DNA of 64,000 bases from Styela clava (lineage: Eukaryota). The notes beneath the pieces were generated by a model, which saw only the letters and a list, made by a program, of their open reading frames with translations, made no database searches and was not told the DNA's origin. Shown one piece after another: positions 11,531 through 24,900 of this stretch. The position numbers were made by a program, and so were the translations under genes. How positions within the stretch are numbered: position 1 is the stretch's first letter; each line of letters opens with the position of its first letter. The DNA is taken from NCBI RefSeq assembly GCF_964204865.1, contig NC_135251.1, positions 20,460,001 to 20,524,000 of the forward strand. The letters run 5' to 3'.

Positions 11531-12388
11531 TCTCTGCTTGCAATCAACGGCTGTTAGAATAAAATGAGACTGCCGGTAGCAAAATAGAACTTTTGATATA
11601 TTTAGCGTTATTGTTGATTCAGAGCTCATACAATCAATTAATATGATGATATATTTAGCATGCTTAGATGAAAATGATAAGTTGAGACATCCTTTGCGCG
11701 TCGAGTACCGTACGGTACCGGTATGCCTTCCGACATATAAGCACGTTTTCTTGTCACTTTGTTACCATTTGCACAGTAGGTATTGTAACCAAACACATTT
11801 AATTTAATATATTTATCCTTACTATTGAAGTTGTTAGTATAAACAGCCACCTTTCCATCTCCCATTACAAGAAGAGCCTCCACACAGTTGCAGGCTAACC
11901 CGTTAACCGCCGTCGCATGGCGAGTGGTCCATGGCGAGTTAGCCCTCATGGCGAGTTAGCCTCCACCCCTTTGCCATTGCAAATTTTTGATGTTTAGTTT
12001 CATTCTTTTTGCGATGGCGGTAGGCTACCGCACTTCTGTACTTGCTTAAAAAGGGTTTAACTACACTACAGGTACCTATTTCATAACATTAGGCACCTGC
12101 CTTTCTCATGCATCTGAAACAAATAAGTGGTAAAACTAATACCATACCGGTATATGACATTGACTGGTAGGCCAAGGTCGCCTTCTTGGACCGGTAAGTC
12201 CACTCATTTGATAATGAATGGATAATACCAGTACCGGTACCGGTACCGGTATAGGCTATGACGTGGACAGGCAGGCACTATCAAAGTGTAGTCACTTTTT
12301 ATAGTCACTTTGGGCACTATAGAGGTTGGACTGTCCGGATAACAGAGAGCTATTTTGATAACTAATATCCGGATATTATCTAATATCG

Positions 12389-12630
12389 AACAAGAGAGTC
12401 ATGCTCAAATATATGGACACGTAGAGTAACATAATTTTGATAACGTCATAGCAAAAAAAATTAATAGCCTTCTGGAGAAAATTTTTATCTTCCACCACTG
12501 AAAATTTCAAAGCAATTGGTCCAGTATTCGAAGAGAAAAGCGATTTCTTCAAAACGTGTTGACGGAGACAAATAATAACAATAACAACTAAATTTTGAAA
12601 CGATCGTTATGTCCACTACGTGTCCAATAA
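12389..12630 (-). mobile_element. Helentron-associated (DINE-1/HINE-like) small element
   Basis: Starts AACAAGAGAG on +. Perfect 11-bp subterminal inverted repeat TGGACACGTAG (12414-12424) / CTACGTGTCCA (12616-12626), an internal (AAC/AAT) microsatellite and no TSD. A truncated copy lies at ~10751-10886 inside the Mutator element. Confidence 0.6.
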
Positions 12631-12647
12631 TAATATAGCTTATGAAT

Positions 12648-12830
12648 AGAATTTAAATATTTATCCCGAGGTAGGGGGAAAGCCGATGAGACGACTCAAC
12701 CATATGGCGAACCACGGCCTCTTGTCGGGTTACCATACCATGTCGGGTATGGGATTAGTTAGTTATTAGTTTGATTTCGGAAGCACGGCACTGCTGAAGC
12801 ACGACCAGCGGTTACGTGAACCACCCATTA
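12648..12830 (-). mobile_element. SINE 3' fragment
   Basis: Homologous to the 3' part of the full SINE (GGAAAGCCGAT...CATATGGCGAACCACGGCCTCT...GTCGGGTATGGGATTAG). Confidence 0.75.
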
Positions 12831-13484
12831 TGCCTATTAGTAATTTTATTATTTTTGTGAAGGGGCCGTTGACATAATAAGAACTTAATTTTAATATTTT
12901 TTGTTGAGTAGCGGTTGGCCACCCCAGGGAAGAGCATAATAACAACTTTTATTCACGCTCTTTTTATATTATTATGTTGATGACTGTATTTTTTGGTTGA
13001 CGAAATAATAAGTATCTCTCTCTCCGCTATATTAAATGTATTTTTTATTGATTCGATGCTTGTATTTTGGTTGGCAAAATAAATATCTCTCTCTCTCTAT
13101 GTTTTAGCCATTCGTAAAATGCTTTGATGAACTTCGCTGTCACATCACAGAGTACGCAAAACAAATCTGATTAGTATGTCAGGGCAACGACTGGTCAGAG
13201 CTATTATATAATGGCTCTTAGTATGTAGCAGAGAAATGCATTCGCTTCATCAAGTTACGGAAGGTTGGGATTATGAGCAAGGCTGTAAACGAATTCAGTT
13301 GAAAGGCTTTGAAGGGACTTAGAGGATGGGGAAGGGAGCTTTGTGCATGGGGCGGGCTGGATGACAGCGGTTTTGGTAATAACTATTTTTTTCTGTAGCT
13401 GCATTTATAAACGAATGGAAAACTGTGTGACCATAGCTTATTATCTTATATTTCATCAAAATCAGCAGAAATGCTACGTGTGCA

Positions 13485-13947
13485 CAGTGGTGATATTCAG
13501 CCAGTTCGCACCGGTTCTATAGAACCGCCTCGGATTTTTATGAGATGAGCGAACCGGTTAGCATTACTGGATATTGTCAATGGATTTTTGCATCTTATTT
13601 GACTGCATTAGTATATATTTACGATTTGACACACCGATTTTTGAGATCAAATAGCTCACGAGTTTTTTTTTCAAAATGTGAAATGATCAAGTTCGCCCGT
13701 AACAGTTATACATTGTGTTAAGTAGATCATACACCTCCAGGTTTTTAAGTACATTATCAACGAGTATATAATATAAACAGCAATATAGACAATCCTCAAC
13801 ATCCGCAAAAATGTTGATGCTAATCTTGACATAATGATGCTTTCTCAACCATTATTTAAAAAAATACGACTTTTTGTAACAGAACCGGCTGAAAATCATG
13901 AATTTTGTGATGGAACCGGCTGACCAAAAATTTCGATCCCACCACTG
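13485..13947. mobile_element. hAT MITE
   Basis: TIR CAGTGGTG.../...CACCACTG, 8-bp TSD CGTGTGCA/CGTGTGCC, and repeated GAACCG subterminal motifs. Confidence 0.75.
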
Positions 13948-13989
13948 CGTGTGCCCCCGGCGTGGTATCAGAATGAATAGAAAGGTAGG

Positions 13990-15409
13990 CCTACTATGAA
14001 TATAAAAATAAAATAATAACATATATTTGCGTAGCAAAACGGCACACATGTCACATAAAAAACCTGTACATACCGAATCATGTACAAACACAATGAACTC
14101 TAGGGAGAATTTTGCTACTGTTTCGTTTCCAATACAGGATTGCAAATGAGGCATCAAAAAAGGTTTTGCAACACGTAGCTCTGCAGCTGCTCACAGCCGA
14201 TTTATTTGTTTCTTTTTAGCTTAGACTAGAAGTAACTGGTTGAAAATTTGGACAGCAGATTAATTGCTCGATTACTTAGCGATGGGTACTCATCATCATT
14301 AGAGCTCAAGAATTGTGACAATGATTATTTTATAGCTCTGTACTGTAAAGTACGGGTTTCATCGGGTTCCTTATATCGATCACTCTGCAGTTGATCGCCC
14401 AAAACAAACAAAATGAATGTATATTACAATGATAAAGTCGTTGCTATCTCGGCACCTGACTCAAAATCCTGCTGTGCATCACCCGGGAGCGTCTCGTTAC
14501 CACTTTCAGGTCGCAAATCGCAACAAGTTTATATCTCGCTGGGTGTCAAGGTGAAGCTCTGCAATACTGTTCTTGACAGTTTTCTGATTTTGAAAAAAAC
14601 AATAGGCCTATTCATGACCATTTATTTGGATAATATTAATCAAGAAAAGCATGCTGAACGGAAAAAGCATTCATTCTGATTTCAGGTTTCTGAATCTTGC
14701 GAGATTGACGAAGCGCTTTCGCGATTATTGGGATCTAAAAAGCGAAATGTGTGAGTACTCGGCCAGTGGCGTATCTGGGGTGTGGCAGATGGGCGCTGTT
14801 TGGAAAGGGCGCAAAAACGGCAAAGTGTTTCAATAGTAAATTGTTTCAATAAAAAAAGGTCAAATTGGTAATAATTGAAACTCGTATTTTAACATAAATA
14901 ATAACGTACAAGTATCTCAATTCAACAACAGTCGTTAAAAATTATTAGTAAACGATCAAGGGGGCGCATTTTTAAAATTTGCCATGGACGCCATATTAAG
15001 TAGATACGCCACTGTACTCGGCGCCAAGACGTCACCGGGCCATTATACCGCACTTATCAAACAGCAATATGACGGCGGAAGAGAAATTGCGTAATAAACC
15101 AACGTAACTTCGTCTTATTAATCAAGAAAAGCATGCAGAACAGAAAAAGCAAGCATGCTTATTTTCAGGTTTCTGAATCTTGCGAGACTTGACGGAACGT
15201 TTTCGCGATGAATAGGAACCAAAAGAGCGAAAGGTGTGATTACTCGGCGCCAGGACGTCGCCGGGCCATTAATAAACAGCAATATGAAGGCCGAAGATAA
15301 ATTGCGTAATGAACAAACCTAACTTCGGCTTAAGTAAAGCGATTGAGACGGCAGAAAATTTCTCGCGGATCCGCAAAACACTTCCCGGACCGGCGGTTGG
15401 AAACCACTG
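13990..15409. mobile_element. Non-autonomous hAT-type repeat (copy 1; left end unclear)
   Basis: Long homology to 39240-40827 (e.g. GAGAATTTTGCT...ACGTAGCTCTGCAG). Right end GGCGGTTGGAAACCACTG. Internal ~200-bp duplication. Confidence 0.65.
14764..15014. mobile_element. hAT (Tip100-like) MITE nested in the 13990-15409 repeat
   Basis: TIR CAGTGGCGTATCT/AGATACGCCACTG and a perfect 8-bp TSD TACTCGGC on both sides. Confidence 0.85.
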
Positions 15410-15545
15410 GGTTACGGCTTCCTCCATCAACCCCATGCTTCCAAAAATAAACGGGGTTACTAATCTCATACCCGACATGGACTGGTAACCGGGCGAGAGG
15501 TCGTGGTTCGTCATATGACTAAGCAGACTTTCTTCTACCCCGTGA
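15410..15545 (+). mobile_element. SINE 3' fragment
   Basis: GGTTACGGCTTCCTCCA...CATACCCGAC...GGTAACCGGGCGAGAGG...CATATG matches the SINE family. Confidence 0.7.
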
Positions 15546-15849
15546 TAATCTACTGCCCAATCACATGCGAACGCAAAGCAAAATTTCTGCGTCCCTGCGA
15601 AGCAAAGTGCCTATAAATACGTTGTTATAGTCACTTTTCTGCGAAGTAAGGTTGTGAATTTGGTAAGGTTTGTCTCATTGTGAATTTGGAGATTAGTGTT
15701 TTTTTTTCTGTTTGCAATCCTTCGCTATATTCACCAATGTTACATATCGTGTGTTTTACTTTGCTGATCTAAACGAAAATTTCACCTTATATCCCATCCA
15801 TGATATTTCATAAGCAACTTTAACTCTCTCTTTTTCTATTTGATTACTA

Positions 15850-16095
15850 CAGTATTATTAAATTCTCATATTTAAAGTATCCCAAATCACGTTATAAAAT
15901 GTTGCATTCTTCATTTTTTTATTTCATAAGGCTAAAATGCCAAGCTTATATTGCATTCATGATACTTACTCTGTAAAATGATTTCATCTAATTTTACGTA
16001 TTCGATTATGACTATTAAATGTTCACATTTAAATTGTCCCAAATCGTGTTATAAAATGTTACATTCTTCACTTTATAAAGTTAATATGCCAAGTT
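15850..16095. repeat. Degenerate tandem duplication (~160-bp period)
   Basis: CCCAAATC..GTTATAAAATGTT.CATTCTTCA...ATGCCAAG occurs twice (~15880 and ~16038). Confidence 0.55.
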
Positions 16096-16542
16096 AATGG
16101 ACCTTTCCCCGACCTTTGACCCTCGGAAAATTCTCCCTATACTTTACCATTGCAAAATTGTCAAGGCTATTTTAGGAGTGCTTTTGCGAGTTGGCGTCTG
16201 TAAAATGGGTTATGTGTTTTAAACCATCATTATGATTCATCGCATACAACAATCTGTTTTTTAAAAGTACCGGTAAAGAATTTCAGGCTAGTCTATCACA
16301 GCTATTTCTACACTAATTTTTATTACTGCAATTAAATTAAAACTCCTAGAAAGACAGAGTGATTATTGAATTATCTGATTTTTATTTAAGTTCCCAAAAC
16401 ACAACTGAAAACTGACGAATAGAGTTCAAAAACGCGAAAACGAGGTAATGTTTACAATCACGCTTGAAAATCTGTCTGAGTGAGAAAAGTGTCTGAGCGG
16501 ATGCGAAAAGGGGGCATTGTTACGTCACTTTTTGCATATTGC

Positions 16543-16596
16543 TGATTGGTCAATGTCACGAAGTAAACAAGGAAGTCGATGCTCGGGGAAAGGTCC
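16543..16596 (+). promoter_or_regulatory. Putative promoter module (ATTGG + GAAGTAAACA + GGAAGT)
   Basis: Near-identical ~50-bp motifs occur at 28197 and 45417. It is preceded by a CRE-like TTACGTCA and lies ~1.2 kb upstream of the RBM4-like ATG. Confidence 0.45.
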
Positions 16597-17761
16597 ATAG
16601 CTCATTTCCCAAATAATTTGTATCTGAGTGCCTGAGCTTCAATCTATTTTTGAAATTTAATTGATAATGAAAAATGGTGATTACATGTAAATATTGTATA
16701 TAGTAAACAAAAATGAGTGCTATTGATATATTGACATTGCATCTGTTATTTATTTTCATGCTTATTGAATTGGGTGGCAACTGACTTCGATGACCCCCCA
16801 AAGGTCGTATCGTTGATTCCCAGTCATATACCGAAAACATCTGTTTATTTGATATTTATATATGTATGTATATATTGTTTTCTTGGTTTGACAAAACGAA
16901 ATAAACTCTCTCTCCCTCTCTAGGTAAATGAAAAGGGGTGCTGGCATCAGCCGAGACTCTCCGTTGATTCGTTGGAAACTTAATAAAATGGCCATGATAA
17001 TCGTGCGAATCACGTGAGCAAAGGTACTGTAGTCTCAACCAAGCCGCGTTGTGCAAGTTTTGGTTCCTCAAGATATACCTGCGGCGACAGTCTGACAGAG
17101 GGAAGGGGTAATTTATTTCAAACCAATGTTTCGAAGAAGATGACAACATTTTTATTTATATATTTTATTACATGAACAGATATTTATTACAATACCGGTA
17201 ATAATAGTGTAAAATATTCACTTGCTAATTGTTTTTTGTGTGTTCATAAAATGCCAACACGCCTCTGCACCCTGAAAAGATTTGCATTTCCAAACCGTTA
17301 GTACCCGTACCGGTATCGTAACTATGACTATTCGATTCGCTCCGTAGCTACTTGGCTCTTCACACAATTCAGGAATTGATTAACAGGAACGTTTCTTTCT
17401 ACACCTACTGACCTAATTACTTCCAATTTTCAGTACGTTTCCGGTCAGCTGGTAGATGAGCATCTGTACGGTATGGGATAATCTAGCCATGGGTATTTTA
17501 TTACCGAATCATTGGCATTCCCAAAAGAGTGCTAGCCTATAATTCGACAAATCGAATAACTGAATAATACAAAACTGAAAAAAATTTTATTCGAGGATTT
17601 GCATAATGCAATTGTCTTCAATCTTTGTACGTTTTTTATGTGTAATTACATGAATTATGGTTTGTATTAAAATGAACAGTTGTTGTGTTCGAATTTTTTA
17701 TTTTCACAGGTTTGAATTTTTATTCCATTTCGCCCAAAACTAAGCAAGGCATAAATTCAAA

Positions 17762-19774
17762 ATGGTGAAGATATTTGTTGGCCGACTGGTTGACTCTGTT
17801 ACAAAAGAAAAACTGGAATCATTATTCTCCCCGTTTGGAGAAGTCTTGGATTGCGTAGTACTGAAAAATTTTGCTTTTGTGCATATGGCTGACAAGAAAG
17901 ATGCAGAAAGAGCTATCGGGTGGGTCAAATACATGAAATATGTAGTCTACAGGGGTGCCGTGCCGAACCATAGCAAATATTTTCACTATTAACTCCAGGA
18001 CTTTTTTGATCACTTAAAAAAAATTATCAATGCTCTTCTTTGTATAGAAGTTGCATGCACAGTTCCGATTTCAAGAATATCCTCCCATTGAAAGACATAA
18101 ATATAACAGTGAGTGCAAACTCCTCCTTTACGAGACAATAAAAGTCCTACATATCGGCAAACCAGCTAAAAGAAAGCGCAATCTAAAACCTACAACAAAG
18201 AAATAATCCGATTTACCAAAAAAAAAATTTTTACAGTAGCATTCGAGAGTTTCAAGCAAAAAAAAGCTATTTTGGTTACATGGTGGTCACGATTAATTTA
18301 GACTAGCATGACTCAATCTGCCGTCATGCCAAATGTCGGGACATCTTTGAATTGGGGAACTGTGCCCTACCGATTGTATATTTTCCTAACAAAAGTATCC
18401 TTTTTAGTGAGCTTGACAAAAGTGATCTTGAAGGACAAGCAATTAATGTGGAAATATCTGTAACAAAAGTAGCGAGTGCTGCTAAACTGTTTGTTGGGAA
18501 TTTGGCAGAAGGTACCAAGTCTAGTGAGGTTAGTATTATGAGTTGTTTGTCAATTCAAAACACAATTTTCAAAAATATTCTAAGCCACAGACTGGGGTGG
18601 TTTATTAACCAACTTGAGATTGAGACAAATTTACAGTCAACTGCAATACCGTAATTGATATTTGGAAAATTGAAGGAGAGGTGTTGTGAGTTTGGCCACT
18701 CAGTCTAACACTTGCCACATACCTCCCACAAAATTTACTCAGAAACGGCTAAAAATGGCAAATGATTCAAGTCACCCACTTTCGAGATGAAAGAAGTAGG
18801 AGAGATAATAAGCTGGGACATGGCACGCGGTTGGAGTAATATATTTTTGAACCATCTTCCAAGTTTCGTCTCACTGTGCTTAAAAGAGGGGGTTTCTCAG
18901 CTTCTTTTATATTTTTCTACCTATGCAGTGTCTGAAATCTTGTTTTATATGTATGTATAGGCCCTATACAAATAATGTATGCTGTCATAATGAATATTAT
19001 ACTACTTTCAGCTGCACAAGCTCTTTCAAAAACATGGAACTGTCATTGAATGTGAAGTTATTAAGAATTTTGCGTTTGTACATATGTCGAGGGAGTCACA
19101 AGCTCGTGAAGCAATTAGTGAACTAAATGACTATGAGCTGAATGGGAATAAAATTCGTGTTCAAATGGCAAGACAAAAAGGGGGAGGAGGTGGTGTTTTT
19201 TTTTATTTACCTTTTAAATTTTTTTACGTCAACCATCTGATTTGAATTTTTTACTCTTTTCAGAAAGATCTGGTGGCAGAGGAGGCCGTGGTGATGGTTA
19301 TAGGGGTTCTCAGGGTTATGGCCATGGAGGAAGATATAATCCTTACGGATATGATAGTTATGACATGCCCAGGTTAGTATTAAGGTCCTTGAAATGTAAA
19401 TTGTTTCATTTGTGTAATTGTTATTTATTTGCGCCAAAAATTTTCTCAAGGCTGTTAAAAATAATGAGCTATATTAATCCAGGTCAAGAAATTATCCGCC
19501 TGTAGATCGGATGCCGCTTGATGGCGGAATGCGTCGTGATGCCGCATTTGGGGCTAGGCGTGGGGGTCCATCCTACATGCGCTTACTGAGACAGCGTGCT
19601 ATGCTCGCCCGCCGCCTAATGGAACAACGAGAATATGGGGATGGATATAGTGGAATGGGTAGTCGTTCTGGCGCTTACAGAGACTATGCCGACGATTTGT
19701 CTGCTTTTGACGATGGTCTTGGTTCGCTTGATAGTTATGGTGGTGGTGCTTCTGCATATGGATCTTATTACTAG
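17762..19774 (+). CDS. RBM4/lark-like RNA-binding protein with two RRMs and a G/Y/R-rich tail
   Basis: Exons 17762-17919, 18408-18528, 19012-19189, 19264-19372 and 19483-19774 join in frame. RRM1 MVKIFVGRL...FGEVLDCVVLKNFAFVHM and RRM2 KLFVGNL...HGTVIECEVIKNFAFVHM have the short RBM4/RBM14/lark loop. No CCHC knuckle. Confidence 0.88.
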
Positions 19775-21901
19775 CGAACTGTTTGTCAAATTTCTGAACT
19801 TGAAGATATCTGCGATTGCGCAAGACTGTTATTTCGTGACTTTGTCTGCGAATGCGCTTTAATCTTGAATACGACATTGCAATTCTTGAAGCTGACGCAA
19901 TCAGCTGTGTATCCATTGTCAATATGAAGTGAAAATGAAGCGAGTGAAACATGTACCATGCGTTGCAGTTGTGATAGCGTCTTATTTTGATTTAATGCTT
20001 AATTATTTTGTATTCTTCGATTTTATCCAAGAGACAGACATGCAAACTTGCTGAATACTTACTCCCATGTTTAAATTTGTTTTTATAGTAAATGTACCAA
20101 TCAATGGAGAATTTTCGTCCCAGATTTAGTTAAACTAAAAGTCATTTAAACTTTAATAATATTTATACAACCAGCATGTCTAATTACACTGGTTTTGGAT
20201 AGGCTTTAGGAATATCAAAACAAACTTTGTGTTGGAAACCGACAAGGTATACAGGCTGCAAAATTTTCTTTTACAATTTTACATGCATTCATCTTCATAG
20301 AAAAGCTATGCCATGCCTGTGTACATTTATGGTCACACTTAGGGTCCATCTAATTATGATTGCGTCAGTTATTCTTTCCATTTTAATTTTTTATTTGGAG
20401 TTTGGATATGCTGTCTATTCCTGGTGTAAATTATTGAAAATCTTGTGTTGTGTGCATCAGCAAAGACCACTTTTATCCAAGTAACTGTACTGTAGTATGG
20501 TATGACCAATAAAATTCATGTTTCGTTTGTGTTTAATAATAAAACAACAGTGTAGCATTGCTTTTTTGTACGAGTTTGTTGAGGTATTGCAGCAGCAGCT
20601 TTTCATGATCATGTATGTGGATATTTCAAGATCAATCTTGGTGTATAGTGGTAACTTCTGGTATTTTTCAATTCCCGGAATTCATTGAAATATGATCTTT
20701 TCCACAAAAACTTTGTCTAAACCAGAGAATCCTAAGAACTGCTAAATGTCTTGTATGGGGCAATACTCGTTCAGATTCAGCCGGAAGTGCCTTGACTGAA
20801 TCCATAAGCCTATACTCGGCGTGCTACTGCTTCTGGTATCAGTGTACGAAATAATGTAGTCCCCATCACACCATGTGAGGTTTTTAATGTTTGTTTTGGA
20901 AGTATTTTCGCAGTATGGTGCACACAAATGATTTACATCTTTAAAATCGTCCTTTCGCTACGAAAGATTCGAGCGGGTCTTTTTGCGGAAGTATACAAAA
21001 AGTTGATGCTCAGGAAAACATTTGGTGCGCTTCGATTATGTCGTGGGGTTGAGGATTAAAAAATATGAAAGAGTACGCATATGCTCTCAAAGATCAGCAT
21101 TTCTATCTGTTGCGCAGAAGTGGGAATCTAAGAGCAGCGCAGAAATTTTGACAAGAGAGATTTGCCTACCTGCATCAGTGAATTTTCTTTCGGCGAAAAG
21201 TCCCATGTGTTTCACGTGTTGCTTTGTTCTGCTACCAATCAGTCCTGTATCACCAACAACTCTCTGATCTAGTAGCAGAAACGCGCAAAGCAGGTGTCGA
21301 GTCGTGCAGAAATACGCACCGTGGAGATCGAGGGCGAGGTATGATGTAACAAACTTATATCTATGTAGTAAGTAGAAAACTGAGTGCAATTTGAAAATAA
21401 TTCAAGACCAGAGTTGAATTGCGCTGAAGCCAAACTTCGACTATTCCCAAGAATATTCGAACCGAAGTTCTGTGGGGAGTCGCATGTGATGATAAATACT
21501 ATTTTAGTGACCCGGATAAGTAAGTAATATTTATTTATCGCCATGTAAACATTTAAGGACACATTTAAAAGCAGAAACAAAACATTGTTTTCGCGGGTGA
21601 AGGGAGTCACAGGAAACCTCAAACGGTTATCCATCTGTGGCACTATATCTTTTTTTTTAAAGGTCCACGTTGTAAATTCATAACAGTTTTGTTAAAATAA
21701 ATAAATGATGAAAAAATAATAATCATAAAACATAGTTACATATAATAAACAAATATATTCGTAAACATCATTCAGTATTATCCAGCCATTCATATTATTC
21801 CATTGTTGATTCCAGATAAAGTTTCCCATGTTTATCAGTAAATATACATTAATTTATATGTTTTTAATTTATAGCAGAAAAATAAAAATTTATACAATTA
21901 G

Positions 21902-24900
21902 TCATAGATTCTTACAAATTATGTCTAGTTCTTTTATAAAACTAGGATTATGTCTAAGTTGTTCTATATTTTTCCTTGCTAAAAGGGATTTTCTAATTCT
22001 TGTTATGACATTATTTACACTTGGATTAACATTTTCAAAAATTACTGCATTACGTTCTAACCATATTTTATATCTTGCAGTACATAGAAGAAGTATGACT
22101 GCATTACGTTCAACTAATGATAAATGTGAAAAACACTGATTATTTAGTTCTAGTAAAATACATGTTTTATAAATATTTTTTAACTCGCAATTGTTTATTT
22201 TTAATACGAGAGAAAAAACATAATCATATACATTTTGTGTAAATGCACAGTTCCAAAATAAATGAGATATAAATTCTGGTTCTTGAGAACAAAGTACACA
22301 TAAATCATTTCTGGTAATATGTTTAATCCTTAGTTTAACTTTAACTGAAAGAATGTCCCACATAAGTTTATAATTGAAAGTTTTCATATTATTAGCCAAT
22401 ATTTTACAATGTATGTTTGAACAAGCTCCTTCCAAACTACCATCTCTAAGAAACACCATTCTGTCACCCCTCTTCAAATTATCAACTACTTTATTATAAA
22501 TTATTCGATGTTTCCCTTGTTCTAAATCAGTTCCAGCAATGTTATATTGCCGAAAGAAAGTAATAATGGCTCCATAATATCTATTGGGGAAAAAGGTATG
22601 TGATACACTATTATTTACAGGTATTTCAAAAATAACACTCAGTTGTTGCCCTATGTTATATTCAATGAAATTATATACGGATTGTCTACAGTGTTCAATA
22701 TTAGCATTAATTCTATCACAGTAATATTCATAAGAAGTCGTGACATAAAGGCACATTGTAAAAAGAGGAATATTAATTATATCATATCCTCCTAATATTT
22801 TGTTTTTACATAATGTATCAATTCTTAAGGTATTTCCACCATTAAATACAAACTTTTCAATAATATCATTAATTTGTTTTCCTATATACAACGGGATAGG
22901 GAATATTCTTGCACAGTATAAGAAAACAGGTAAAATTTTAAGTTTGATCAATAGACATTTTCCATCGAGCGATAAAGGAATGTCCTTCAGTTCACATATT
23001 ACAGTCCTTACATTATCCATACAGTCTTCCCAGTTGTTATTGCTTGTATCAGAGTTTGAAAACACTACTCCGAGTACATTCAAACTTTGTACAACATGGA
23101 GATTTGAAAAAAAAATTGGATTAGTCCATTTTCCTATTTTTAAAAGTTTTGTTTTTCCAATATTCAACTTCATGCCAGTTGCTAGCTCAAATCTGTTTAT
23201 TAAATTCAGAGTATAATAAATTGAAGTTTTGTTTCTTACAGTCAGGGTGATATCATCAGCGTAACTTAGATGCTTTATTTCTTGATTGTGTGGGATCATA
23301 ATTCCGTTGATACTTTTATGGGCATTTATTGCAATGAGCAAGGGTTCAATTGCTATTATGAACGTATATAAGCTTAGTGGATCACCTTGGCGAACTCCTC
23401 TTTCTAATGTAACTGCTTGACTTAAATATCCATTTATCAACACCCGAGTTTCTGATTCGGTATACAAAGTTCGAAGTATATTTATAAATTTTTCTTTGAA
23501 TCCAAATTTATGTAGTACACAAAATAGATATTCCAGGTCCACGCTGTCAAAGGCTTTGTTTAAATCCAATGAAAGCAGAGGAGATTCTCCAAATTTGTTT
23601 TCCTCCTGTATACATATATCTCTCAATAAGATGAGTGTATCTGATATTCTCCTTCCTGGAACAGCGGTTTGATGTTTATCTATTATTTCAGGTAGTAGTC
23701 GTTTTAGTCTATTCGCTAGTAATTTTGTAAGTATCTTATAGTCGGTGTTCAGCAATGATATAGGTCTGTAATTTTTTATTTGATCCATCTCACCTTTCTT
23801 ATGAATTAGTGTTGTATATCCATTTTTCATATCTTTTGTAATGAGGTCTTTTACATACACTTCTTCTAAAACTTCAGAAAAATCATTTCCAATTATATTC
23901 CAACATTTTATATAAAATTCGACACTTATGCCGTCTGGTCCCGGAGTTTTGTCTTTTTTGAAAAATTTGATTGTTTCTTGAACTTCCGCAAAGATAATCG
24001 GTCTCTGTAATGTTTCTGCATCATCCTCTTTTAGTTATAATGAATCTGGAATACCTTCCACAAAATCTTTTTGAGTTTTCATGTTGTTATTTTGTTTTTT
24101 GTATAGTTTCTGGTAGAATTCTTTAACTATTGCCATCTTTTCCAGCAATTTTTCTTGTACCACATCTTCTGTGTTTCTTAATTTTTTAATGTAACATTCT
24201 TCATGTTTTTTTCTCAATTTTTTAAAGAATGCCTTGTTACATTTTTCATACGTGTCATAGAAATGGGCCAAATTTTGAAATCTAATTTTACTATTCTTCT
24301 GCTTTTGTTTTTTTAGTACTTCTCTTTTTGTTTTATTGAATAAAGTTAGAACTTTTTCTCCTCTGTCTAATCTTTCGTTTAGTTCTTCCATCTGTTTCAT
24401 TTCTTTGCGATATTGTGCTTTTTCATCTTTTGCTTGTTTAACAGAATGTTTGATAGTTGAATCTTTTATTTTTTTCTTTATTTCTGTCCATCATTGAGTC
24501 TTTGTATTAAATTATACTTTCAATGTGCACCAATTATTCCATTTATGTTTAAGTTCTTCAATATATATTTCACTATTATAAACTGATACATTGTTTTTCC
24601 AGAATTCGCTCCCTTTTTCTTCCAAGTTGGTGTAAACTTCAATATCAACCGAATACATATCATGATCAGAAATATAAGTTGGACAACAGTATAAATTTGA
24701 TACTGAACACAAGTTTTGCGAGCAGTAGATACGATCTAACCTTGCTTGTACGGTGTTGTTTCGCCATGTGTAAAAAGTATTGTTATCTGGAAAATATTCC
24801 ACAGAATCTATCAAATTAAAGGTGTCTATAAGTTCATTTAACGCCTCAGAAATGTATTCCTTTTTAGCTCGTTTGGTGCTTTCCGATCTATCACGGTCAC

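Larger units (their letters stand above)
7734..11968 (-). mobile_element. Mutator-superfamily (Phantom/Foldback-like) DNA transposon, 4.2 kb
   Basis: Perfect 8-bp TSD CTTTGCCA (7726-7733 and 11969-11976). Near-identical ~600-bp TIRs, which give the mirror ORFs 7753+ and 11949-. Termini are GG...CC, with a subterminal tandem array and internal MULE transposase exons. Confidence 0.93.

Noticed and set aside
21484-21530. C/D box snoRNA candidates (TGATGA here, also ~28924 and ~34115)
   Set aside because: No suitably spaced CTGA D box with a terminal stem was found.
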